Source of the DNA: Chrysomallon squamiferum
Lineage: Eukaryota > Animalia > Mollusca
Direction: 5' to 3'
Assembly (NCBI GenBank): GCA_012295275.1
Contig: CM022671.1
Span: 13,888,001-13,952,000 of the forward strand
DNA: 64,000 nt
Each line of letters opens with the position of its first letter. Positions within the stretch are counted from its first letter, which is position 1. Under the pieces are notes generated by a model. The model did not search any database. It had not been told where the DNA came from and saw nothing but the letters and a program-made list of their open reading frames with translations. The translations under genes were made by a program, and so were the position numbers. This document shows, one piece after another, positions 24,370-39,837 of this stretch.

Positions 24370-27300
24370 CATAAACAACTAAATAAATAAATAATATACA
24401 TATGTACTTCTAAAAAGGAAAAGAAAGTTTTTGTTGATTGATTGTGTTTCTGTACATATGCGTGTGGGTATGAGTGTGTGTATGTATATGTATAATGCAC
24501 ATGTAGTTACACGTACATATATATTTATAGATAGAAAGTTAGAGAGACTGACAGTCAAAGATCTGCTAAACAGATAGACAGATATAAGTAACATGAAATA
24601 AAGCATAGGCTTTTGGAAGATTATAAATTTAATATTCCATTATTTTTGTTTTCTCTCTATCTCTAATTATTATCATTATTATTATTATTATTTTGTTGTT
24701 GTTGTTTTTGTTGTCATGATGGACAAGCCTCCGTTTACACTACTCTGCACTCATCCAATTACACAGAAAACTCGAATGCGAAAGGAAAAGATCTAATATA
24801 GGAAGACAAAAATAGAAAAGAAATAGAAAAAATCTAAATCAATAAATCCTCAGGTACTGAGTTGAAAGTATTGAAATGGCGAAACTGAGATTAAAACATT
24901 AAATTATTTTAAAAAGAAAAATCATTTTATTATTGTCATCATCATCACCATCTTCATTATTATTATTTTACTGGTATTATTTTTTTTCCATCAAATAAAA
25001 AAAGACGCACTGTCGTAAGGAAACTTGCACGACCTGTTTCAGCGAGGTGGCGTTGTTACGGCTAGAGGCTCGACAGCTGCTGTCACAGTCTCCGCTTACT
25101 TCGCGCTTGTTAAACACATCTGTCCTAAGTATAAAGAAGAAAATTAATTATACCTTATGCAATTTACCTTTTCAATAACAGTTATTGTTATGTAGATGTA
25201 CGTAATCGCTTGGGTCACGTTTTACTACCAAATCATATTTTCCTTTATCATAAGGAGTCTTATTATTCTGTTTACACAGGCCATAGCAGTAATAATTTAA
25301 ATTCTAGTAATATCACTATTTCTAATCTAGATACTGCTTGTTAAATATTCTTCTTTAACAACAAAAATGATAATAAAATAACAGAATATGAGGAAAAAGA
25401 ACAGATAAAAAAAGAAGAAAAGATATATTATATAACTTCATTATCTGCGTGAGAATGTGGAACTTTCAACACTTATATGTAATGAGGCTATTTTTATATT
25501 TTGTTTTTTAATCTTTTTATCAGGAACAGCCTTGAACGAATGGGAAAAAAGAAATAGCAAAACAACAGAAATAAAGAAAAATAAACTATTTTATGAGTGT
25601 GGTCTTTTTAAAATTTGGGATTTTTTGTACATGTCAGCAACTGATGTTGAAATGCCTGTCTTTCTATTCGTGTAATTTATCTATAGTTCATTCATAATCA
25701 AAACTGAACAAGAGACCACCGAAAACTCAACAAAACTCATTTATATCTATGAGACGAACATCACCAGCAATTCTATTGCAACAACGAACGCATGATGTAA
25801 AGCATAATTGTAATCGAACTTACAGCCAGTTTGGTTGATTTGTTCAAGAACTTTGCCTGACTGCAGCAGCGATTCGTAAAAGAAAGAGAAAAATGACTTC
25901 GCCGAAGGCTGACGCTGGACGAGAAGAGATGTGTTAGAATCCAGTCTGGCGACGATTTGTCAGCAGCACAAAGAAGCGACATAAACGTGTTAGGAAGAAA
26001 TCTTTTTAACGAGTGATTTGATGACTGGCTGATAGATGTGTCCGTTTTAATAAATTTAAAAAAAAGGAAAAAAAAGTATTAATTCAGATTTCACATTTGA
26101 TAACACTATTTTATGTTATGTTAACTTAAAGATAATAATAATAATAATAATAATATAATAATAATAACAACAATAATAATATCAACAACAACAACTAATA
26201 AATAAAGTTTACATGTGTTTATGCATTTAGGCAAGAGAAATTTAAAAATAATATAGCTATGTGAAACGATGAGAGAGAGAGAGATTTAAATATTTTCCTT
26301 TTATTGTGAGGGAAAAAAAAAGAGAAGAATTTACAAAACGTACAAAAAACGAGTAAACAAATGATTGACGGTAATATTTTTCTGACTTGGCATATAGCGT
26401 CTGTAGTCTTTGTCATTACAGAAGCGTTGCCCGTTACAACTTTGACCTGCAGTTTTTATTAAAGTTTTTGTTGCGACAAGTGATTTACAACGTTAAGATA
26501 ACGAGGTGCACTGACCATCAGATGTTTCTGCTGAAATGTAAAAATATTCTCGATAGAACCTCTCTTGTTGGACAGTTTTTTCATATCCTATACATATTTG
26601 TGCTTTTTTAAACAAATGGATATGTCTGATATTAAAAAAAAAGTGTTTTTACATTCTTATTAGGTCATTCCATTGTAAACACGTTATATTATTTGATTAA
26701 AGAATGAAATATTTTTATATTGTGAGCATTTTGCCAGTATAATAATGTTAGAAAGATATGTAATTTATGTATCAATTGTTTGACAACAGGTTCAACAACA
26801 ACGATAATAATATATAAATAAATACGAAAAAAATAAAATAAAAAAAGTAAATGTTGACTGACATTGAAAAATAACGAGTGATAGTATTTTATAAATAGTA
26901 TTTTATGGCAAACGTAGATGGAAATGATATCACTCGAAATGATATCACTCATACAGATATAAATTTTGAGTTGAATAACTGATGATGATTTAGTAATGCA
27001 TGCTGGGAAATTTTTAGGAATCCTGAACTTGAAACAGAACCAGAATATGTAGGTTGTAAAAAAGTAAAAATTAAAACATTTTCGATTCTGAAAATTATAA
27101 TAATATTAATAGTGGTGCTGGTAGTAGTTGTAGTAGTTGCGGTAGTAGCAGTAGTACTAACAATAGTATTAGCAGAAGCAGCAGTAAATTCATTTTAAAA
27201 AACAACAACAAACAAAACCAATTACAGATCATTTATCCGGCAGGTTTTGTATTTGTTTTTACTCGACAAAGGTTTAATTATATAAGTAATAGAAAATAAA

Positions 27301-29878
27301 TAATGAAAAGTAAAGAACAAAACTGTTTTTAACAGATACAATATAATATACTTTTAAAGCCGGTTATCTGGTAATTCCGATTTTCGGGAAGCCGAATAAA
27401 TACTCTGGTACAAACAAAATAACAAAACAAAGTAACAAACAAACGTGACCACGATTAAAGTTTATGAGTAATACCGACAATAATTTATATTTGTCAAAAT
27501 AAAGTTTACATTTGTAGTTTCCGCCCGAAACATTACGTGACTAGGTTACAGAAATTACTGTTAACGCTCACTTGAGGTCGTATGTTTAGCGTGGAAAAAA
27601 AACAAACGTGAAATTATTAAATTTGTAATATATTTGTTGTTAAATACACAAATAAATATATTAAAACACATATATACAATTATGCTTATTAAGCAATATT
27701 GCGTTAACATATACACATAACAAATTTAACGAAATATAAAATATTGTATCTGAGATCATTTTATATTCATTTTTCCTTTATGTTTTTTTTTTTTCATTCA
27801 TTCACTTTAAACAACATCAAATAATATTACTTTTAATCGTTTTTTATTGTACTTCTAATAATGTTACATATGATCAGTTGTATTTAAATTGACTAAACGT
27901 AATATTATTAAAAAAATAACTAAACCTAATGCTACAGTTACTTTACCTTTAATAACTTACTTCGTTACGCATTATATGATTATAATATGACATTATTATA
28001 ATTATATTATATATATATATATATATATATATTGTGTGCATACGTGTTTGTGTATAATATATACTACAAGCAGTACAGACCTTACAGTATATCAAGTCTC
28101 ATGCCACATGTCTAAGCACTGAGAAAGGTTCTGCTTCTGACATATTTTTAAATTTACTGTCTCTTCTGAGAGTAATAGCTTTATGTAAAAATAAATAAAT
28201 AACACGAATAGTTACTGTTTTACGAGTAGACTGTTTTATTATCCTTCTAAGTAAACCATTTGAAACGCTCACCTGTTTAATTTGTACATTTACGACGCGC
28301 TTGTTATAATAACATAAAATAATAAAGACAATGATTACGTGAACTGTGTGAATGTTCTTAATGATGATGTATTGTAACTTAAATGAGATAAATGTATTGT
28401 TTTTAAAAAATAATATGCAAAGAAAACATCTCAAAATTTCTAAAGTCAGTGAACGTTTAAATTATGATTTTAATAAGAAATCGAAGATTCACCTTTGACA
28501 AGATATTAAATCAAATGTATATTGACCGTTAACGCTAAGAAATACGATAATATCAAAATTAAGGTTAATCAACCATCTTTGCTATACGGTGGTAAGTCAG
28601 TCAATCTAACTTATGTCAAGTAGGAAATCAAAGTTCAGCTGTAGACCATTTTTCACTATTTTTGACGATTGATGTTTTATCTTTATAAGGAGACTCATGA
28701 CATTTTGAAATTTATATTCACAACAACATTCTTTTCTGAAAGCCAGGGCTTGCCCTGGTGATTTTCTGTCATTAACCTTTAGGACAGAAACCATTAATTT
28801 TAAAAACGATGTTATTTATATTTACCGTTTGAGTTGTTTGATTTCTCACTAGATGTAGCGACAGCCAGTTTTAGCCAAATACTTTTATATTTTATTTCTT
28901 ATCTTTTTTGAAATTCATTTGTTTTTATTTTATTTTGTTGTTGGTTTTTCTTTTTCCTAATTTCATTTCAACTGTGTAGTAGTAGCAGTAGTAATAAATA
29001 AATATATATATAAAACAATAACATTTAAGACTAATAGTACTGTTCAGTTTGTAATCTTATATTTAGCACAAATACACCGACGATAAAGGGGAATAACTCT
29101 CGCTAATCCTGATCTCCAGTTGTCGCTATCGGGAAAATATCCTTAATGGAATGGAAACGGAATTTTATTTTTGCCTGTCACGGGATTTTTTCTTTTGCCA
29201 GTTTGAAACTGGGCATTTTGAAGATTCAAGTTTAATATAGTAGAATATACGATAAAATATTAATTTAACAAGATCAGTTAGTAATCACCGTAATGTGTAA
29301 TAGACATGTTTACATATCTAGAAAAGTATAATGTTAGTTTTAACAATAAAGTTTACAACATACGTACCTTACTAAAATGTCTGATTTAGGTTTCAGAATT
29401 ACACAAGAAAGGATATTCTAATGGCTGCGATTTAATACATTAATTGTGTTATACATTCATCCTTATATACGTATACACACTTATATGTACAGGCATGTAT
29501 GCAAGTATGTATGTATGTATGTATGTATATATGTATTTATATAAGTATGCAAACAATGTATATAATTACGACAACACGTAAGAAAACAGTGATACAATCT
29601 GAGTGACACTTTCAGACCAGTCTAAGTATGACAGTGGAATTACTTCATGGTTTACTATGGTGTCATATAAATCACACTCATAATGTTCGTACTTTTACAC
29701 ATAAAATTCTCTCGTCTGTGACGTTTCTTAGCTGAAAAAACAAAATCGTTCTAAAAAAATTAACACTCTTTGGATTGCGTCATTATATTTTTTAACTCAT
29801 CATTTATTTTTTTATTTTACATCTTGTGTCATAACTGGCTAACTGAGTGAAGATATTCATTCTGTCATTCACGCCTGC

Positions 29879-29991
<113 letters not shown>

Positions 29992-30398
29992 GTATATATA
30001 AACCATTCCAAATAAGCCTAGATAGGGCAATTAATAAAGCATTAAAAATGTATTTTGATGTGGTGTATGTGAATCTGCGACACGATGTGTGTAGTTGAGT
30101 TGAGGAGTTTATGGCATGACATGACATGACAGGCGGCGTGGATGAGTGGCAGTCTATTGTGTATTCTCAAACATATCGCCTCTGCATTAAATCATTTCTC
30201 TCAAACAGCAGACGACTGTTTTTAGCTTATGGCCATCTTTTCTCAACTTCTTCTTGTGCTGAGTTTGTGAACCAGTCACATAGCCGACGTCGTCTGGCGT
30301 GACGGTCAGTCGTTGTCGATGTAGTGTATGTTGTAGATATTTCTTTTTCGACAGTTTTCCTATTCAGACTGACTGTGGGATATTACTAACTGGTTCAG

Positions 30399-30654
30399 AT
30401 GGAAGCTTTTCGTTGGATTGTTTTAGGTTTTCTTTTTAATGTTGCTTCTTCACGAATGAGGCTACGTAACCATGGATACGAGGGTGTTGTGGTTACGATT
30501 GGTAATCATGTTAAAGAAGATCCATTGATTCTCAAAAAATTAACGGTATATTTTGAAAATGTTATTTCACAAATGTTCATCTTTTTTTTTATCCACCGCC
30601 GTAACAAAATAGCTGCAATATTAAATCTGTTTTATAAAAAATATATCAAACAAG

Positions 30655-30714
<60 letters not shown>

Positions 30715-33700
30715 TACGAGAACATTTTATGATTCTCTAATAATTCATTGCTGTGGTTGGGTTTTTTTTTTCTCTTTTTTTTTCCTTTTCGTTTTGTTTG
30801 TTTTTCAGTTTCACCGCCAGTAGTACATTGAATCCATTTTATAAAAGTCATATGCAACACAATTATACATACAGCCATATATCAACACATATATATGACA
30901 CAATCAGGCACGCACACCCTCATGCACACAATCAGGCTATTGTTTATATCATAATTTTCTTGAACATTTAATGCATAAAAAGTTTAAAATTTTATAAAAA
31001 TTATTATTAAACATTTTAAAATGTTTATTTGTACTGTGTGTGTGTGTGTGTTTATGTTTGTGAAAGGATAAATATGTATAGAAAAATCACAAACATGTTT
31101 GTCTGACTTGCTCTTTCAGTGACCCTTGAAATGCTGTACTGACAACTTCGGTTTGACAGAAAACAACACATTAGTTTTAACAAACACTCTTCAATTATGC
31201 TTTGTAAATGTTGTTAAACCAATATTTTCGTAATTACCATAGTCTTTACGTGCATGACACGCTGTGTATATATTGTAGTATATCGTAGTAATAATAATAA
31301 GGGATTAGTTTCTTTCCAAGTTTGTATGTCTTGGTGTTAAATTTAACAAAGGATTAGTTTGGGTGTCTTTACGTTAAATGTATTATTATCATCAGGTTTT
31401 ACTATCATTTTTATGCATGTATGGCAGACATTTGATGCATAAATTAAAAGTATGAAATAATATTATGACACTGATTTCACAGAAAGAAAAAATGGATTAA
31501 TAACAAGTCAACTAAAAGAATTCAGATAAAACAAAACTAGAAAAATAAAAAATTAGTGAGAAATAATAATTAATAAGGTAAAAAAATAAAATAATACAAA
31601 ATTGATAATAATGATTATAATATCGTTCCCATGCGTAACATTTTTAATAGAATATATTTAAAACATTATTCTTTGTTCTTTTTCTTCTAATTTTTTTAGT
31701 TTTATTACTAAACAACAGGAAATGCATTTTGCAGGAAGCCATTAATATCAGTTTTACACATGCTAATTTATTTCTCGCTTTTTCATTTTTAAAATAATTT
31801 TGTATTTTGGCGTTTCTTTTATAAACGTAGATGACATTAATGTGAATTCGCGGGGTTAAAATAATTGTCTCATCTTACTTCAGTGACAGGCGCAATATAT
31901 CTTCTGTTTTTAATGTATAAAAGAAATGACACAGCTGACTAATAGCATTATAACCAAATGGGATATAGTTGTAGCTGAATGGTGGGCACTTACTGCTGAA
32001 GGTCGTTTGTTCAAATACCGTTAATAGATAATGTCGGTAATCAATGAGAATAAAAAGCTGTGAGTATATTGTCCTGTGCTGGACAGAGTACTTGCTTTAA
32101 TGTAAAACTTACCCGCATTTCCCATCTATTCTTTTTTGCTCATAGAAATACCCACACCCGAACCACAATATGTGTTTCTTTTTTCTTCTTCTTTTCTTTT
32201 TCTTTAATTTCAACAATATTTCATCTTCTTATAAATATGAAAACAAACAACTACTGATTTAAACCCCCCCCCAAAAAAACAATGTTTGTTGATGTTTAAA
32301 TAAAATAATATTTCCGTACTAATAATCAAAATTTTTTAAATAATTGATATTGGCAACGATTGATATTCAAAATATATTTACCCACTAACAAACGTTTCAC
32401 GTGTCTAAGGCCGTGCAATGAGCTAACTTATCTGTGCAAAGTGCACATAAAACATCTCTGGCTTCCAAAAATAGAAGGAACTTCCTTTATTTGTCATCAT
32501 GCATAACGTTAAAGTTTATAGCTACTGATGGAAACTGATAACATCTTTAAATAAAATAACCTTTAACTTTTTTTTGGCTTTGGCACGAACGTATGTTGAA
32601 CAAAAGAGAGGAAATGAGCGTATGCAAGTTACATAACGGTTTCATAGAAAGCGTGTTTACTGTCTGGACTTTAAACAATTCATACATTGACAGTTATACA
32701 TATTAGTTCAGTAGTAATTTTAATACCACAAAAAAGACAGAACACTCTTTATATAATTAGTTTGTTCAACATACTTCCAAAGTAAAAAAGTTAAAGATTA
32801 TTTCGTTTAAAGATGTTGTATTTACGTCCTTAGCAGTTAAACATATACCAGAAAACAAGTGCGGCAGCAGATCAATAACACTGCTACAGTTGTAGATGAG
32901 AGTGTATTAGTAGTATAAATGGTGTCGGTAATAGCACAGTTATGATGAAACAGCATCCGCTTTGTTATTTGCTTATGTGTATGTGACTGTGTACATGGGT
33001 ATTAAAACTACACGAGAGAGCAATATGTCAGTCCTGTTGCACGGTGGTAGCTGAGAGTGACCATGATACAGATAACGTAGGTAATGCTGTCTGATGGAAC
33101 ACCGTCTCTTTCGTTTTAAACATGTATGCATAGGTAACTTGTACACGTCAACAAATTGTAATATTATGTAAGATATTAAACAGGTAGATTTGTAATATTT
33201 ATATGATCGATAAAACCATGGCCGGATTACGGTTAACTGATACTCTTAGAGCCCCCTCTTCCATTTTCGTGTTTACGTGTCGAGTCGCCACAGCTGTGTA
33301 TCGTCAATTTTCTTTAGGTTTAATTTTAAAATGTTTATGCCTAATTATTTACGTATGTAGATGCATGGTACCAGAAAACCGGAAAATCCAGAAATCCGGA
33401 ATGCCTCATGCCCCTTGGAGACCGAATAATTGGTCCCGTACCTGTATGATAAATAAATAATCTGTATAGTTAATACAAATAATTATAGTAAAATATTGTT
33501 CTACGAACATAGAATTTATTTATTTAATTCCGCTTATCATCATCGTCGTCATCGTCGTCTTCCGTAATATAAGTTTTTATATTATATAGAATTTAAAATG
33601 AAATTACACGGTATCTTATTCTTATGAATAATTACAGAGTGAAAGCGTTACTTTTTGTATTTTAATAGAATTTATGTATATGAAAATGTCCTCGGGCATA

Positions 33701-34075
33701 TCTCATATCAAAGTATCGTTTTATTTATGTGTCCCGTGTACTCATAAAGAAGAAATTATAACTATGCAAATGTTTAAGAGATTGCTAACATTTTAATGTA
33801 ATTAATAAAATATTCCTTTTTATAAATTGGTATTATAGATATGTAGATAGATAGATAGATAGAAATACAGACACAAAGATAGATAAACAATTAGACTAAA
33901 AAAGACACCCAATGAATATAATTTCTCTGTTGAGTATTCGTTACAAATCATTAATTTTGATCGGAATAATGGAAAATATTCTTTTATTAGTTATTAAAAT
34001 GTATTTCTGATATCATGTAATCTAAATATTATGTCGAATTATTACGTAATTATGGGAATAAATTAGATATTGTAA

Positions 34076-34119
<44 letters not shown>

Positions 34120-34727
34120 ATTTTATTATAAATATGTCGCCGTTCTGAACCACCTTTATATTTCTACCTACATATGGTATCTGATTTGTTATGTGTTACT
34201 GGTTTGTTTACCAACAATGATAAAAAAAAAATCAATAAAAAAAAAAGCCAAAAAAAAAGCAATAAATTATTAACTTTAAATATCTTAATAATAATAAATA
34301 AGCTTTCTTGTCTTGCAGGAATATCTGACAGTGACGTCATCTACCCTGTTCAAAGCAACCCGGCATCAGATATATTTTCGAGAGTTCGTCATTGTTGTGC
34401 CTAAACACTGGAAAACAAAGAAGTATTACAAACCGGCGGCTGATGCAGAAATCACGCATGCTCAGATTGTGGTGGACAAAGAAAACCCTGCTTACGGGGA
34501 TGCTCCTTACGTGAAGCAGTACGCTGAGTGTGGGCAACCCGGGTTATACATGCACCTCACTGTTCCCTACCTTATAGATGACAGAGTTACTTTTCGGTGG
34601 GGACTTCCAGGTGAGAAAAATGTAACTTGGCCATATCTGAGTCACCGTCGAATATAATTTATTGCATATACATGCCTTTAACTTGATATTTTATTTGACC
34701 TACTGTATGTAGAGCCGCGGGCACGCG

Positions 34728-34770
<43 letters not shown>

Positions 34771-34808
34771 CATACATACATACATATATACATACATCAT
34801 ATACCCAT

Positions 34809-34842
<34 letters not shown>

Positions 34843-37800
34843 TTTTATTCGTATATTTATTTTATAACATTCCAAATCAGACCAAGAATTATATGAAGCT
34901 AAAATGTGTGTTTGTGTGTGTGTGTACGTGTGTGTGTGTTCAGATTTATATCTGTTCCACAACACAAAAGTAATTTAGTCAAACGGTGATAGACTTATTC
35001 CTCGGCATTGATGAATGAGTGAATAGCCAAACCATCACGCCTGATATGTTGTCGTTGACGCCCACATCGTAGTCTTTTCGTTGTCCATGACTGAATGATT
35101 TGTCATCATTCTCAACTGTCAGAAGAAAGAAAAAAGTAAGAAACGTTTCATTGTTTGCCTGTACTTGACACACTTCGTCTTATAGCTCGTATATTTAGTT
35201 TATTCTAAAAACATATGTTACTTGAAGACTAGGAACAAGATAGTTTGAATGATACTTCGTGAAGAAGTAAAAACACAAATTAGACGACATACATACATGT
35301 AAGCATGCATATCTATATATATACATACTTACATATACACCCAAACCCACTTACTTACATATACACACGCATGAATATACATACAATCAGACCATGTCAT
35401 ATTTAAAAATAGACATCTCCACATCTAGTCAGGTGTAACATGTATCTGCAGTTTAATTGTTTTATTATAATTTTCACGATATAACATATAACCCATCGAA
35501 ACGTATTGCTTGAATTAATATTGCTGTTTCAAATAAATGATTTATTTATTGAGAAACTTTCTGTTCAACGAAGACAGCTGATGTATGCTATATTAACTCC
35601 AACATTTTCAACTGGTCGGAGTTTAAAACAATGAAGAATAAAATCTGATTTTAAAATACATGTAACTCTTTCCATCTAGAGCAGCATTGTTGCTTTATCA
35701 AAACTGTAACACATGCTGTCGCACCTACGGAAGTATACATATGAAGCATACGCTATTGCTACCTGATAACACTAACCCGTGTGTGATTCTTCTGTTATTG
35801 TAACAAGCATTATAACACATCATATCAAAAAACAACAATAACAAACACATATGTTCATATGTCTACTATTTTTTTCTGCCTTTCTTCAAGTTACAAACTA
35901 TATAACTAATCATCTAAAATAATGATTTTAATGCATAAATATCATTTATTAAGTTAGATAATTTCAGATTTACGCCATTTAATAGTTCTTATTTATTTAT
36001 TTATTTATTTATTAATCGTATTTTCATATTTTTCAGAGAAGACGTTGGTTCATGAGTGGGCACATCTCAGATGGGGACTGTTTGATGAATACCCTATAGA
36101 TGGACAGGACAGAGCCTTCTACAGACACAATGGAAAGTGGGAACCTGTCAGGTGATAGCTTTTGTTAATCTCTCTCTCTCTCTCTCTCTCTCTGAATATA
36201 TGTGTGTTTTATTGTATTTAGATGTCTTTAAGAGTGTCTGATAGACTATTCTAAAATATTTATGTATAACTGTGTCTCCTCTATGATGACAAACTAGACA
36301 AAGATGAAAAAAGAAAAGAAAATCAAAACAGTAACCACAAAAATCTAAAGCATGTTTTTAAAAAAGATCTGCAGTAGGTCTGCATGATGGATTGGTTGGT
36401 TCAGGTATTAAACGTGTATTGCTTCTTTCTTTGGATAATTATAATAATAATAATAATGAAAATTAAGCTGATCGAGGCTAGAGCTACGCTAAGGGGCTCG
36501 ACACTATCTTATTGCAGCCGGCTTCTTATTCGCCTAAAATATGATAAATGTACTGAGAAAATCTCAGGCTGAATATATAATGGACAAATGTTTCCTAGAA
36601 TGAAATACTCTGTGCAACATCTCTAAGAACAGTAAAGGAGAAATACTCTTTACTCTTGTGTAAGGTTTTCATGCTCACTTAAAACCGTCATATCACTTTT
36701 CATCAAAGTTATTGGATACAAACTGCAGAACGGCTATTGAAAGCCACATGATAGTAAATTGGTCCAGCACTATATCCCGTTTTATTTGCTAACATTTGAA
36801 TCTATCTTGATCACAAACAGCTGTAAAGAAGTATTATAATACGCATCGCTCACTTTATACAGTTCGGACAGGCGGATGTCACAGATGAAAAAAGCTTGTC
36901 AGTTACAAAAGGTTTTGTCACACAGTCTCGGTGTCACGTTGGTTATTTGTAAAACAATGCTAACATGTCTGGGGCAAACTGACAGAAATGATAAATGAAA
37001 CTTACATCAGTGTTGTAAATTTGCATACATATAGTTCAGATACCGTCAGATCGATAGTTGAATTAAACATTAAATTGAACTATAAACAGACGTAACTCCA
37101 TTGCCAACACATAACCTGGACAAAACCCACTAGAAAAATACCACTGGGACATAACCCTACATGGACATAATTCGACTTGAAAAAAAACCCACCGAACATA
37201 ACCCCATAGGAAAAAAAAAACCCCAAACAAACCAACAACAACAACAACCCCCCCAAAAAACAACAACAAATAAACAAAAACAAAACAATTCATCTAGACA
37301 TAATCTCAGTGGGGAAAAAAACAAACCCGCTCAAGCATAATCCCACATAGAAAAAACAGCACACGGACATAAACCCACTCACATATAATTAATTATAACA
37401 CAGTCTAATCTACTTTTTATTCACAGAGGAAGTACAGAGTGGAATATTAGTTTTTTTAAATTATTAATGAGTATTTGTATTTGTGGGAGATGATTTATGT
37501 CTAATTAGTTAAAAAGACCAGCTGGAGCATTCCCGTTGGATATGAGTATTGTATGTAGCTTTTTTTCTTGATAATCTCCACAGATGTTTCAGTAGCTGTG
37601 GTTTTGCGGGAATAGTATTATTGGATTCCATAAGGGTTCCATTTGATATAGAATTTGTCTTATGCCCAATCCAAATTGGCTTTAAGAACTTTCAATTTCA
37701 TGGTTTCTTTGATCTCTTGATTTCTGGGATGATATTTTCATAGCTTCCTTAATCTTTTGATTTCTGTGTTTAGATGACACCACTTATCCTCTGCTACTGT

Positions 37801-39740
37801 CAGGAGTGATCTGTTGGGCACTTAAAATTACAGGATAATCCCACACAATTAAAGTAGTCAACAGAACAAACACAAAAAAAAAAAAAAAAGAACAAAAATG
37901 TAGATTCATTAATTGATCAATCAATAGCATCAAAGGTAAAGATTTCGTAAACTATATTTGTAAAGTATTATTTTGTTCTCTGAAAAATATCTCAAGATTA
38001 GGCTTTTTATTAAGAATTGTTATTAGTGAATAGTGTTTGGTCCGATAGTGTTTTTCCGAATGATGTTTTCGTCTGCATTCAATGTAAACACGACATGTCA
38101 TGGGACAAACAGAACCTCAGAAATAACCTCTGACCCTATGTGACCCTGGAAGCGTGATGTGACGATTCGTATTGTGTTCCTATAGATACTGTACATGATA
38201 CATTGGCATGGTTTGTTTTGGCAGATTACAAATAGCGGAGTTACACAGCACAGTCCGAATGTCACAGAACTGACAGTGGTAGTGATATCTATTTATGGTA
38301 AAACGATTTATATTGGGTAGGATATTATATTTCACGACAATGTTCTTAAAATAACTGTTCGTCAGTAATTATGACAACAAAATATTGTATTTTTTTAAAT
38401 AGGCGTTCCCTTTTTTAATCCGTGACCAAAATGTTTCATAGTTGTTTATTAATATACCTATAAAACAATCTTTATCAGTTGCAGTCGTAAAAAATACGAA
38501 AATTCTGAAAGTCTGTTAATCCACAGATTTTTATAAAGGTACCCTAAAATTAGTTTGGAAATATTCAGTTAGGACAACATTTCATTGCTTACTGGGTTCT
38601 GATATACAGCACTGACAGCTTACCACTCATCTGAATTGTCATGATAAAAATAAATATAGTGGTAGTAGTAGTAACAACAACAACAAAAGGAAAATAAACA
38701 TATAAAATTCAACAAAACAACACAAAAGAAAAAAATCTTGAAGAATGCGGAACACAATTACATTGTTTTCTTCACACAATAATAAACAAAGTGACTTTAG
38801 ATAGAGTAAATTTGCTTTTTGGTCATATTCAAACGAAACTGTGTTTTGTAGGTGTACGGCAGAAGTGGAGGGAGTTCTCAGAAGCGAGAGGAAGAAAGAA
38901 GATTGTCCTTTCAATATGTACACCGGTGAACCAGGCAACGGTTGTAAATTCTATCCAAGGATGAAAGACAACCAGGCAGTGGCCTCTATTATGTTTATGC
39001 AATATCTCGAGAGCGTAAGTGCTTCACATTGATATATATCATGAAGAAAAACTTTAATACAATATATGTGTCGCCCATTGCTGTCATCTTAGTAATGCAA
39101 AGGAGAGAATATGATGTGATATGAAATATTCCGAGAGTAATAGTTGTCACTTACAGTTGGCGTTAAATGATAGTTATAAAGTGAATTAATATGATAGAAA
39201 TGTATAGGATATTTGATACGATATAATAAATAACTACAACAATAATCTAAATAAATATTGAAATAAAATTTTGTATTTTCAGATACTGTTCAGAATCCAC
39301 ATATTATTGCACAAAAGCTATGTTTTACTGTGTTGTATATAATCATGGATGTGTTTAAATAACAATCAACACCACTACCACCGCAATAACAACCACTACT
39401 AAAACTATGATCACTACTATGACTACCATATATAACTCTTTTGACCAGGCAGTCATCAGTGTCATAAATCTCATCGTTAAAGTCTGTTGTTCTTTATAGC
39501 AAATAAGTATCTGTACATTACATCATGCTGCAAATCTTCATTTACATGTAGATTGTAGAGTTCTGCGACGACCCCTATTCGTCAACAGCAACATACCGCC
39601 ACAACCACCTCGCACCTAACAGACAAAATAGACTGTGTTCTTACAGATCCGCATGGGAAGTGATGAGAAAACACCCGGACTTTCAACACAGTAAATTTTT
39701 ATTTTTTATTGGAACATTTGTCAGGATAATTTGAATAGTT

Positions 39741-39837
<97 letters not shown>

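Noticed and set aside
31968-32040. tRNA gene
   Set aside because: Only A/B-box-like motifs are present; acceptor and anticodon stems cannot be formed.
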